Shown here: piece by piece, positions 37,599-45,736 of the stretch
How positions within the stretch are numbered: the first letter of the stretch is position 1
Layout of the letters: every line of letters starts with the position of its first letter
Virus record (IMG/VR): IMGVR_UViG_3300034013_000894
Length of the DNA stretch: 64,000 nt
Direction: 5' to 3' (one strand)
Source of the DNA: an uncultured virus (IMG/VR IMGVR_UViG_3300034013_000894)
Taxonomy: Duplodnaviria > Heunggongvirae > Uroviricota > Caudoviricetes
Translations under genes and position numbers: made by a program
Notes under the pieces: model-generated
Seen by the model: the letters and a program-made list of their open reading frames with translations, nothing else
What the model was told of the DNA's origin: nothing
The model's database searches: none

Positions 37599-38117
37599 TC
37601 AACCCTCGCCGCAACCTAATCCTACCTGGCCTTTGTCGCGAGCGTCAACGAAAAGGTCCCAACGAACCCAACCCATTGGGCAATGGAAGCCCCACTGTCT
37701 ACGGCGCTGACCAAAGAAGAACAATGATGTTGCGGGTCCATTTGTGAGAACCACCCGGTGGCATTCCTCAGCCTTGCGGTGATTGATGTCGCCAGCCACG
37801 CGCTGAACCGTATAGGGCAGGCTCAGCCCGCGATCAAACAACATTTCGTCATACTGCCCATCAATCAGCACGGACGTGCTATCCCATGGGTGATCGTGTG
37901 GGACGTCCTTGTCTGATTGCAAGAAGCGGTGTAAATAGACGCCGCCAAACACCGTGCGAGGCATCACAAACCAGCGGAGCATGTAATCATCTCCACCGCC
38001 ATCGCCAATGATGACATCTGGCTTACGCTCCATGATCTTTCGCGACCAGGCTTGAAGCTCGCCCAGGTCGTGGGCGAGCTCCTCAGGGGTTGCGTTGGTC
38101 AAACCGGCCCAGGTCAT
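37599..38117 (-). CDS. conserved phage cupin-like protein
   Basis: YM.RW...YLH.F..SD...HDHPW...G.Y.E...HRV...WGF. Confidence 0.6.
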   Translation of the reverse strand: MTWAGLTNATPEELAHDLGELQAWSRKIMERKPDVIIGDGGGDDYMLRWFVMPRTVFGGVYLHRFLQSDKDVPHDHPWDSTSVLIDGQYDEMLFDRGLSLPYTVQRVAGDINHRKAEECHRVVLTNGPATSLFFFGQRRRQWGFHCPMGWVRWDLFVDARDKGQVGLGCGEG

Positions 38118-38755
38118 GCTGCATGCTCAAAGGACTGGCGCAGGGTAGCCACAGCATCAATTGCGGGTTGTTCAGCCACGTCTGGGAACAGAACCACCGT
38201 GGCCACCATGACCGCCGTCGACATGACCGCAGCCGAGCGAATGTGGCTGGGGAGCCGGCGGTTCGGGTTATTGGTGATGAACCGATGAGCCCGGAGCGAA
38301 GCTCGCATCTGAGCGTCAGGATTAAAAAACCCAAACACCCTACCCACGGCAGCCGTCACGGCTTCAGGAGTTGACTTGGCCTGCTCAGGCAGACGCTCGA
38401 GAAACTGGTCGATTGCCCGTGGGTCAATGACCGCCGGCGTGCCACGAGTGCGAGTCGTCTTCGGCTGGCGGATTTTGCCTTCTTCGACCAGACGCTTGAC
38501 TGCTGCCTGGCGATCGCGACGACCAAACCGTTCCGACCGACGCGGAGCCAACTGCGCCTTGATGGCCAGCACCTTCATAGACTTGGCTGCCTGGCTATTG
38601 CCTTCGACGCCCTTTTCATCGAGCATGCCCATCATCTTGGCATAGAACGACTTGACGTGGGTGGGAACGCGTTCCGGCTTTTCAGTCTCTTCGGCCACAG
38701 TGGCGGCGATCGCAGCCTGTTCCACGGTCTCGAAGTCCACATCTTTTATTTGCAT
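38114..38755 (-). CDS. hypothetical protein
   Basis: AAGGAG RBS before ATG 38755. Confidence 0.6.
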   Translation of the reverse strand: MQIKDVDFETVEQAAIAATVAEETEKPERVPTHVKSFYAKMMGMLDEKGVEGNSQAAKSMKVLAIKAQLAPRRSERFGRRDRQAAVKRLVEEGKIRQPKTTRTRGTPAVIDPRAIDQFLERLPEQAKSTPEAVTAAVGRVFGFFNPDAQMRASLRAHRFITNNPNRRLPSHIRSAAVMSTAVMVATVVLFPDVAEQPAIDAVATLRQSFEHAA

Positions 38756-38765
38756 TATAGTCTCC

Positions 38766-41006
38766 TTACTTGCGGTAACGCATTCCAATCCACCCCTCGG
38801 CGTCGACTGGACAACCATGTGCCCATGCCGGCGTTTCGGCCATGAGTTGCTCAAACTCCTTCACGTTGCCAACCCCAATTGGACATTCCGCGATGAGTTC
38901 GTCGTGCACGCTCATGAGAACATCATATTTGGGGTGATCGTCACACCTTACCATTGCTTGGGCCATTAGATCGCGGGCGGTAGCCTGAGTGAGGTTCTCA
39001 ACCAGCATCCCGCCGTAAGTGCCTGTCGGAACCCAGCCGCCGCCGGGCAAACTGGTCATGAAGCGCAGCTCAGGCCGAAACTCTTCGGGGTTCCAAGGCA
39101 CGGCCTTCATCTTGATGGTCGGGTCAGGATAATGCAGGCAACGACCTGAAGGCAGGATCATCTTAAGGAAGCGGCCCTCAAAGACATAGGAATTGCGGCC
39201 ACGCACAACGTCCACAATACGGCCTGGTGACCGCACGGCTGCAATTGCCGCGGCTTCCTGATCGTCCCACATCATGGCCACTTCGGGATAGCGCTCGCGA
39301 TACTTCTCTGTGGTGTATTTCATCAGCACCAACTCATGGACCACTTCGTTCCAATCCTGGTCAAGGCCGGGAGCGGTCTTGGTGCCATACTTGAGTTTGT
39401 GCTGACGCTGCTTGGCCAACTTGCCCACGGTGAAGTATTTCTTGACCGCTTCTTCATGCTTCGCATAATCATCACCAACGATGTGCTTGCACATCTCTGG
39501 CGAGAACCGGATATTGTATTTGGCGCAGGTGATGAGGAAGGTGACAAAGCCCATCTGGAAACCCAGACCCAGAATGGCTTGCTTACCAAACTGACGTTCG
39601 TCCTTGTCCTTCTTTGTGATTGTTCGCCCGTAAAGGCCCGAGGCCATGTCGCAGTAAATGTCTTCCCCGCGATAGAACACCTTAAGTGCGCTCATCTGAC
39701 GGGCAAGCCATAGGACGCACCGAGCTTCGATGGCCGCAAAGTCAGCGACTATCATCTCTCGATCATCCGAGGGGATCATGATGCCCCGGATCGCACCGGA
39801 GAGCGTCTCCATCACAGCGTCTGAACCGTATAGAGCACAAACGGTGTTGAGGTCTTGCAGCTTGATAATTTCACAGGCAAGGTCTGGGTCTTCAAGGCTA
39901 CCCTTCTTGAAATTGTGAGGCTGCAACCCCTTGCCGGCCCAACGGCCAGTGCCCGCCCCGTGATAGATCACCTGACCGCGCAGGCGATGATCGCCAGGCG
40001 AAGCCTGCAGAATAGCCGTCTGGTATTTCGCGGTCGAAGTCTGATTGACTTCCTTGCAGATATGCAAGACGCGGTGGACGTCAGCGCGCAGGCCTTTCAA
40101 AGCCTTGAACTTTTCAATAGTTGCGGCTGTGGTATCCGGCAGGGCAACTCCTTGCCGGTTCACCCAGTCTTTGAGCTTCACACGAGAGCTGGCCATTTCG
40201 ACCTCGCCACTCGTTATGTCCCGAAGCTCACGATTAAGTTGGGTGCAATACTCATCTCCAAGCATGAGTGCCGCCTTGGCCATGTCCAGGTCAACTCGAA
40301 TGCCACGGCAGTTCATTTGCAAGTCCATGAACCATACCCGCTGCTCTTCATCCAAGAGGTCGGCCAGCGCGGAGGACAGGGCATGCTCTGCCTTGGTATC
40401 TTGGCGGCAGTAATCCCACAGCTTTTGGAAAAGCTCCAGCGTCTCATGCCACAAAATGCGGTTGGGGTCAAAGCCTGGTGACTGGCGTTCAGCCTTCAAG
40501 GCCTTACGCGGCTTGCTCACCTTGAGCATGATCTTCTTGCCCTCATCGTCCTTCTTCTCGGCAACGTCCATGGCAAGACAGGCATTCAGCAGGTCTCTCG
40601 GAAGGGAATGGACAGCAGCCTTTGCTGCGGAGCAACGCCACTTGCTGCGATCGATTGAAGGCCAGCCAAGGATGGGGACGCAGATGTTCTCCCAAATACC
40701 CACTTCAAAGAACGCGTTGTGGGCTTCAACCAGAGAGTCGGCCTTGGCCAGATAATCGAACAGGGCTTGCAGGTGTTCGCGGCCTTCTTCCTCAATCCCA
40801 AGATAAGGATAGGCAGGGTGCCACAGTTCTGCGTCATGCCAACCTGGAAGCATGATAGCGAGGCACATGACTTCCGTTGAAGGATGCAGGGAGTATATCC
40901 AGCTCCCACAACGCTTAATGTCACAAGCCGACCTCGTCTCAAAGTCGATGGTCGCACGCGGCAGCAAAGGCGGCGTGTAGGTTTCTTTGGAGGGTGAAAT
41001 AAGCAT
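38766..41006 (-). CDS. DNA polymerase, family A, with 3'-5' exonuclease
   Basis: Exo DFETRS, AHNA.FE, YC.QD; TGRW; motif A DFAAIEAR; motif B R..GK..ILG; motif C VHDE. Confidence 0.95.
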   Translation of the reverse strand: MLISPSKETYTPPLLPRATIDFETRSACDIKRCGSWIYSLHPSTEVMCLAIMLPGWHDAELWHPAYPYLGIEEEGREHLQALFDYLAKADSLVEAHNAFFEVGIWENICVPILGWPSIDRSKWRCSAAKAAVHSLPRDLLNACLAMDVAEKKDDEGKKIMLKVSKPRKALKAERQSPGFDPNRILWHETLELFQKLWDYCRQDTKAEHALSSALADLLDEEQRVWFMDLQMNCRGIRVDLDMAKAALMLGDEYCTQLNRELRDITSGEVEMASSRVKLKDWVNRQGVALPDTTAATIEKFKALKGLRADVHRVLHICKEVNQTSTAKYQTAILQASPGDHRLRGQVIYHGAGTGRWAGKGLQPHNFKKGSLEDPDLACEIIKLQDLNTVCALYGSDAVMETLSGAIRGIMIPSDDREMIVADFAAIEARCVLWLARQMSALKVFYRGEDIYCDMASGLYGRTITKKDKDERQFGKQAILGLGFQMGFVTFLITCAKYNIRFSPEMCKHIVGDDYAKHEEAVKKYFTVGKLAKQRQHKLKYGTKTAPGLDQDWNEVVHELVLMKYTTEKYRERYPEVAMMWDDQEAAAIAAVRSPGRIVDVVRGRNSYVFEGRFLKMILPSGRCLHYPDPTIKMKAVPWNPEEFRPELRFMTSLPGGGWVPTGTYGGMLVENLTQATARDLMAQAMVRCDDHPKYDVLMSVHDELIAECPIGVGNVKEFEQLMAETPAWAHGCPVDAEGWIGMRYRK

Positions 41007-41065
41007 GAGGAACGATAGCCTCTAAGGCTATCGTCCCTCAACCATTCATGCCGATCGATGGTCGG

Positions 41066-41278
41066 TTAGCAGGGTGTTGCGGCTGTCCGCAGCGGTTCCA
41101 GCGTGACGGTCACATCGCTCTCGATATAGGCGGGCTTCGGCCGGCCATCTGCACCCACCAACAGGACCTAGGTCGCATTTGTGCTGTCCGACGAATAGAG
41201 CCCGTTCGGTTCAGCCTGCGGCACCAGGGACTTGCAGGTTCCCTGGAGGTAGTCAATCAAGTCGCGAACCCTACTCAC
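41066..41278 (-). pseudogene. truncated phage protein remnant with internal TAG
   Basis: VSRVRDLIDYLQGTCKSLVPQAEPNGLYSSDSTNAT*VLLVGADGRPKPAYIESDVTVTLEPL...; stop at 41168-41170 where I recall the family having Trp. Confidence 0.5.
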
Positions 41279-42626
41279 CACGAACAGGTCCCAGGCCGTA
41301 ATCCTGGTTTTCCGCGTCCGGGTCTTCAAGGTTGAGGGCGTTGGGGTCCTCTTCCTCAGCCGGCTCTACCCGCTCAAAGGGGATCGGGGTATTGGCAATT
41401 GCGACGTCTTCAGCATTAAGGCTGAGAAGAGCCACAACTTCACGATCAGGGTAATCGATCATGCTGGCTGCTGGGAGGGCCTCCACCAATTTGACTGCCT
41501 CATCTTGCATCTCGCGTGCACCTTGGTGCTTATCCGTCTGAACGTCCCAATTGAAAGGATATTCAGACCCATGCACTGCATCAGAAGCTGCTTTGCGCAT
41601 AGCCCCCGAAACTCGGACAACCATCTCCGGTGCAAGCTCAACCATGCGATTGGCGGATACCAGGAGGTCCGGCAGCACTGCATCTAGTGCTGCCAAGCGC
41701 TCAAGAGGCTTCTCGGGCGAAGTGGCGAGCATACGCAGCTCCTCGTATCGGTCCGCAAAGAACGAAAGGCCACTTTCCTCACGCATTTTCCGCTCCGCCT
41801 CCATCGACTCTTCCCACACCTTTGCGTCGATGTGCTGGTCGATAGCATCCAGGATCAGTTGCGTGATGACCCGAGGCTGGAGAGCATCCAATTCCCAGCT
41901 GCTTCCGCCATGCAAAGCACGATAGCTCTTCTCGCGGCTGTCTTGAGTCTTGGACGGCATCGGCGGCGGGTTGAACTGCTTGACCTGATCCATGTTCAAG
42001 GCCACTCGAACGACCTCAACACCATAGCGAGCAAACATTTCCAGGCGCTCGCCATTATCGCGGGTCATGTCCATACCACTCGGATCGTGGTCACCCAAGT
42101 GGATAAGGATAGGCCGCTTGCCTTTGGCAATTGCACGCTGGAAACGCAGGCCGGCACGATACGCCTCGCTGGCAGACAGGTAGCCCTTGCAAGCCATGTA
42201 AGGCGCACGGCGCTTCTGACAGGGGCGGGCAAGAACCGGCTCAAGCGATTGCTTCTCGATCCAGCACTCGAGGTAGACTTCCTGGTCCTGCCAAGGGTCT
42301 CGGCCAAGGCCATACTCGATGCGCTTGAGCAGCTTGAGAGGATCATCGTTGTAGTTGTTGAAGTAGCAACTCCGCCCACGATCTTCGATTGCGTCCCAGT
42401 CCATAAAGCCGCCTTCGCGGGCATCAGTGACAATCCGGCCGAGCCGCTTGTATTGCCGCTCAGTGTTCTCGGTGAAAAGACCACGACCAATGAATTGGTA
42501 GTAGAGCTGGCGCAAGGTCAGCGTATAGCCTTCCTGCTGGAGCTCATCAATGATTTCGTTGGCCTGATGAACCACCTGCAGCACATCATCAGTAGGCCGC
42601 CACACTTTGTATTGGATCAGCGGCAT
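41271..42626 (-). CDS. Spo11/TopoVI-A-like Toprim protein
   Basis: TLRQLYYQ (catalytic Tyr region), WIEK, H.GDHDPSG, SWELDAL; start ATG 42626 behind GAGGAG. Confidence 0.75.
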   Translation of the reverse strand: MPLIQYKVWRPTDDVLQVVHQANEIIDELQQEGYTLTLRQLYYQFIGRGLFTENTERQYKRLGRIVTDAREGGFMDWDAIEDRGRSCYFNNYNDDPLKLLKRIEYGLGRDPWQDQEVYLECWIEKQSLEPVLARPCQKRRAPYMACKGYLSASEAYRAGLRFQRAIAKGKRPILIHLGDHDPSGMDMTRDNGERLEMFARYGVEVVRVALNMDQVKQFNPPPMPSKTQDSREKSYRALHGGSSWELDALQPRVITQLILDAIDQHIDAKVWEESMEAERKMREESGLSFFADRYEELRMLATSPEKPLERLAALDAVLPDLLVSANRMVELAPEMVVRVSGAMRKAASDAVHGSEYPFNWDVQTDKHQGAREMQDEAVKLVEALPAASMIDYPDREVVALLSLNAEDVAIANTPIPFERVEPAEEEDPNALNLEDPDAENQDYGLGPVRGE

Positions 42627-42722
42627 ATCAGTTCTCCTCGGTCCATGCTCGTCCTCCGTTTCAGTTTGCTTGAACATCTTATGTCTCGGCCTTGGCCAGA
42701 AGTAAAAGCAAAAGAGGCGAGC

Positions 42723-42759
42723 AAAACTAGAAAGGGCGGACCTTTCGATCCGCCCTTTC
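42723..42759 (-). terminator. terminator closing the ncRNA operon
   Basis: GAAAGGGCGGATC-GAAA-GGTCCGCCCTTTC-TAGTTTT on the minus strand. Confidence 0.7.
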
Positions 42760-42785
42760 AGCCCAAGTGGTGCCAACGAGGATAT

Positions 42786-42862
42786 TGGTCAGGGCGGTAG
42801 GATTTGAACCTACGACCTCACGGTTCCAAACCGCACACGCTACCAGACTGCGCTACGCCCTG
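42786..42862 (-). tRNA. tRNA-Pro(TGG)
   Basis: CAGGGCGTAGCGCAGTCTGGTAGCGTGTGCGGTT-TGG-AACCGTGAGGTCGTAGGTTCAAATCCTACCGCCCTGACCA; full cloverleaf with encoded CCA. Confidence 0.95.
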
Positions 42863-42865
42863 TAA

Positions 42866-42975
42866 TCACTGCCTACCGAGATGGAGGGGCACCGTGGTGG
42901 TCGGAAACACTTGCAACATTCGTAGGCATAAAGCCGTCTCATTGCAATGCGCTCCTCCACCCCGGTAGGGAGTGA
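42866..42975 (-). ncRNA. unassigned 110-nt rod-shaped structured RNA
   Basis: 27-position closing helix TCACTCCCTACCGGGGTGGAGGAGCGC / GTGCCCCTCCATCTCGGTAGGCAGTGA (3 G-U pairs on the minus strand, 2 mismatches), asymmetric internal loop, upper helix TTGCAATG/TGTTGCAA. Confidence 0.6.
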
Positions 42976-42976
42976 A

Positions 42977-43296
42977 ATGGGTCCGTTGGGTGATACGGTG
43001 GAACCCATACCGCAGATCGAACAAACGTCAGGTCACCGCTTACGCGGCGAGGCGGACGTCCTCGAACATGTCGTTATCGTTGACATTTACGTTTTTGGCC
43101 TATAAGGCAGCCATGCCGTGAACCTATCCAAATCCTCGCCGACGCAATCGATCCTAGTTCACCCCCGTCAACTGCTGCGGCCTAAGGCCAGGACGACGGG
43201 AAGAGGCGAGCGCCTCAAACCGCAGCAGATGGTGGAGGTGCGGGGAGTTGCACCCCGGTCTTGCGCAAGCTGCCGACCTAAAGTCAAACAGTTCAC
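42977..43296 (-). ncRNA. ssrA: circularly permuted (two-piece) tmRNA
   Basis: Acceptor piece ends GACCGGGGTGCAACTCCCCGCACCTCC-A-CCA (43230). Intervening hairpin 43167-43229. Coding piece starts GGGGGTGAACTAGGATCGA (43166) and pairs to give G3-U70. Tag 43084-43040 reads VNDNDMFEDVRLAA*. 3' pseudoknot present. Outer ends approximate. Confidence 0.92.
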
Positions 43297-43302
43297 TTTT
43301 AT

Positions 43303-43331
43303 ATTATGCCTAGGAAATCCTGGATTGTATA
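43303..43331 (-). promoter_or_regulatory. sigma70-type promoter of the ncRNA operon
   Basis: TATACA-N17-CATAAT just upstream of the tmRNA. Confidence 0.65.
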
Positions 43332-43333
43332 TA

Positions 43334-43364
43334 GTAAAGAGGCAAGCATTTCTGCTTGCCTCTT
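43334..43364 (-). terminator. terminator after SSB (possibly bidirectional)
   Basis: AAGAGGCAAGCA-GAAA-TGCTTGCCTCTT stem. Confidence 0.65.
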
Positions 43365-43441
43365 CTTTTTGGTTGGCCGGGCTATTAAGCCGCCCCATTA
43401 AAACTACCCGGCGTTGAAAGGGCAGCGCCATCCAGCCTCGA

Positions 43442-44002
43442 TCAGCCCAGGGGATCAGCCTCGTCGCGGTCGTCCTCGACGTCCTTGAAGTCCTCGCCGG
43501 CGTCGGTGCGAGCATCGAGGCGCTCACCATCGCGGACAAAACGGATATTTTGGAGACCGAGTGCGATGCCCTTGCCGCCGCCTTGGTCATAAGCATAAGC
43601 CGAAACCGTAGCGCGCATATAACAGCCAGGATAGATGTCATCCGCTTCCATGTCGTTGCCTTCAGCGTCAACGACACCAGGCTTCAGCTTGGATGACAGA
43701 TTGGCAAAAACCTTGCCTTCACCGTAGCCTTCCAGATCGGCCTTTTCAGCACCGTCGCGGATTGCGCGCTTGAAGTTGCCAGGCAGATCGTTGACCTTCT
43801 TTTTGAACTTCTCGAGCGAGGTTGCATCGAGCAATTCAAGAATAGCCGCCCAACGCTTTTTGTCCGCTTCATTGAACTTGCTTGGCTCAAAGACAGCAGA
43901 TACGCTATACTTGGGCGTCTGACCTTCCTGCATAGCCTTTGGGACGAAGAGCTGCGGGAATGATGCACGGAATACTGGAGTGACGAGTTTCACAAAAGCC
44001 AT
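43442..44002 (-). CDS. single-stranded DNA-binding protein (DUF2815 / gp2.5-like)
   Basis: R.SFP.LF.P, KYS, IRDG, IY.GCY.RA, GIA.GL.NI...DGERL, acidic tail. Confidence 0.9.
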   Translation of the reverse strand: MAFVKLVTPVFRASFPQLFVPKAMQEGQTPKYSVSAVFEPSKFNEADKKRWAAILELLDATSLEKFKKKVNDLPGNFKRAIRDGAEKADLEGYGEGKVFANLSSKLKPGVVDAEGNDMEADDIYPGCYMRATVSAYAYDQGGGKGIALGLQNIRFVRDGERLDARTDAGEDFKDVEDDRDEADPLG

Positions 44003-44034
44003 TTTGCTTTCTCACTTTCTTGCTTGCTATTGAT

Positions 44035-44058
44035 AGCCCGAATGGGTCGAGCTCACCC
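44035..44058 (-). promoter_or_regulatory. H-type pseudoknot in the SSB leader
   Basis: GGGT-G-AGCTCG-ACCC-ATT-CGGGCT followed by an A-rich unstructured stretch to the ATG. Confidence 0.55.
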
Positions 44059-44060
44059 TG

Positions 44061-44342
44061 TTACGCTTTGAGGCTAACCCCATGGACCACTGTCTTAATG
44101 CGGCCTTTACCATTCCTCTCTTCAACCCGCGCCCACGGCGATGCGTCCAATAAGGCCCGCAGAGCAACCGCACTCGGCTTAACGCCAATTGGCTTTGCCC
44201 AATCCTGAAAGCCCCGCCATATCAGACGAAGTGGGGATACGACTTGGGGGTCAAGCAGGCACCGTTGGCCTACAAACCTCTTAGCCATGACCAACTGAGC
44301 CCTTGTGACCTCATCGGTCTCGTCGAGCTTTTCAGCCGTCAT
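44061..44342 (-). CDS. hypothetical protein (winged-helix-like)
   Basis: ORF between DUF2800 and SSB; start uncertain. Confidence 0.5.
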   Translation of the reverse strand: MTAEKLDETDEVTRAQLVMAKRFVGQRCLLDPQVVSPLRLIWRGFQDWAKPIGVKPSAVALRALLDASPWARVEERNGKGRIKTVVHGVSLKA

Positions 44343-45735
44343 CCCCATCATCCTCCTCAATACCTGCGAAGTCTGCTGTGGGGTCAAGAGTAACCTCGGG
44401 CTTGGGATTGCTATCCGGCACAAGAGATAAGCTGCCCTTGCCCTTCATTGCCAAAGGCTCCACTGCCCATAGGCCATCTTCACCGGCCACACCATTGACC
44501 AGCTTCTTGACCTCTTTGCCGAGCTTCTCGAGCTGAGCCGGGCTTTTCAGCTTCGGCGGCTCATATAGCCGATCCTTCGCGATGCCAAGGGCCGTGACCT
44601 TCTCGACGACAGTCGCCTCAGGCACGACAATCTTTCGCACCGAGCGTCCTTCGACAAGCTTATGACCAGGAACCTTGTGGCCGGCAGCAGCGTGTTGGAA
44701 AGCCAGGCTTTTTGCGGCCTTGATGAACCGATCAAGCGCAGGTATCCAGTCAAGGACCGTAGCCAGTTCAACCGCCACTTGGTCGTTGAGCAGCTCATCC
44801 GGGTCCTGAGGAAGTTGCTTGGTCAGCACCTCGTCATCTTCCATGACGTCCGCAAAGTCGGCCTTTGCAAGAGTCTGGATGCGTTCAGTCATTTTGGGAC
44901 AAAGCGGGCCATTGCGATCACAAAAAGTGCAATGTTCGCCAGGCTCCAGATATTCATTGGCCCACCACTCGGGGATGACACCTTTGCCAAACTCGGCTTC
45001 TGCCTCGGCCAGGTCAGACCCGGCCTGCATCACTTTGTCATACCCGACGGCGACTTCGCCCTGGAAGGCCTGCAGACGTTCTTTGGTGGTTTCCCATCGC
45101 CGGACGCCACCTTCGAGGTGGGGACAGCGAGGCTGCACAATGATGAGGATCAGCTTGTCAAACAGCCAGTCGAACTCCTTGGCAGACCCAAGGGCATATG
45201 TGAGCATCTGCGGGTTGTCATTGACGTCAACCGCCACGCCCTGGCCGTGCTTGTAGTCAATGACTACCAGCGTGCCAAGGAACTCATAGATGTTGCAGTC
45301 GGACGTGCCTCCCAAGTCAGGGCGAAGCCAATCCAGGTCAAACCGCTTTTCGATGAGCAGCTCCGGTGCGCCGAGCTTGGCAGCCTCTTCCGCAACCACC
45401 CGCAGGTAGACGTCGACCGCTGCACACATATCCTCGTCGATGGGATAGATGTGTTTGAAGAAGAACTTCTCCGCCTCATTGTCTTCATTGGGCAGCCACA
45501 CCTGGGCATCCTCGTGGGCGTCAAGGCCGACCCATCCGCCAAGCAGGTCATAGCTGGTCTTAAGGCCCTGCCGCAGGCAGTATTCCCCAAGACCATGCGC
45601 CGCCGTCCCGAGACGGGCAGCCTCACCGGACGGACGACGCAAGTGCTTTGGCATCCCCTCGATCAGCGCCACGGAACCTGGGCACTTAAGCACCCGCTTC
45701 ATTGAGGATGCGCTGATCCTCGCATGCCAAGCCAT
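44332..45735 (-). CDS. DUF2800 Cas4-like PD-(D/E)XK exonuclease
   Basis: HA..SASS..R..KCPGS, GT.AH, GT.D, IDYKHG.G, NPQ..YALG, IVQPR, C..C......C, KLVEGRS.R, SPAQLEK. Confidence 0.9.
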   Translation of the reverse strand: MAWHARISASSMKRVLKCPGSVALIEGMPKHLRRPSGEAARLGTAAHGLGEYCLRQGLKTSYDLLGGWVGLDAHEDAQVWLPNEDNEAEKFFFKHIYPIDEDMCAAVDVYLRVVAEEAAKLGAPELLIEKRFDLDWLRPDLGGTSDCNIYEFLGTLVVIDYKHGQGVAVDVNDNPQMLTYALGSAKEFDWLFDKLILIIVQPRCPHLEGGVRRWETTKERLQAFQGEVAVGYDKVMQAGSDLAEAEAEFGKGVIPEWWANEYLEPGEHCTFCDRNGPLCPKMTERIQTLAKADFADVMEDDEVLTKQLPQDPDELLNDQVAVELATVLDWIPALDRFIKAAKSLAFQHAAAGHKVPGHKLVEGRSVRKIVVPEATVVEKVTALGIAKDRLYEPPKLKSPAQLEKLGKEVKKLVNGVAGEDGLWAVEPLAMKGKGSLSLVPDSNPKPEVTLDPTADFAGIEEDDGDDG

Positions 45736-45736
45736 A

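Noticed and set aside
41168..41170. Genome-wide TAG stop-codon reassignment
   Set aside because: Core genes such as terL and the ligase terminate normally at TAG, ORFs are intact under code 11, and no suppressor tRNA is present.
42866..42975. Second tRNA or SRP RNA
   Set aside because: No cloverleaf or TTC T-loop, and no SRP domain IV motif.
43386..43402. CtrA box downstream of the SSB
   Set aside because: TTAA half-sites are 9 bp apart, too far from the N7 consensus.
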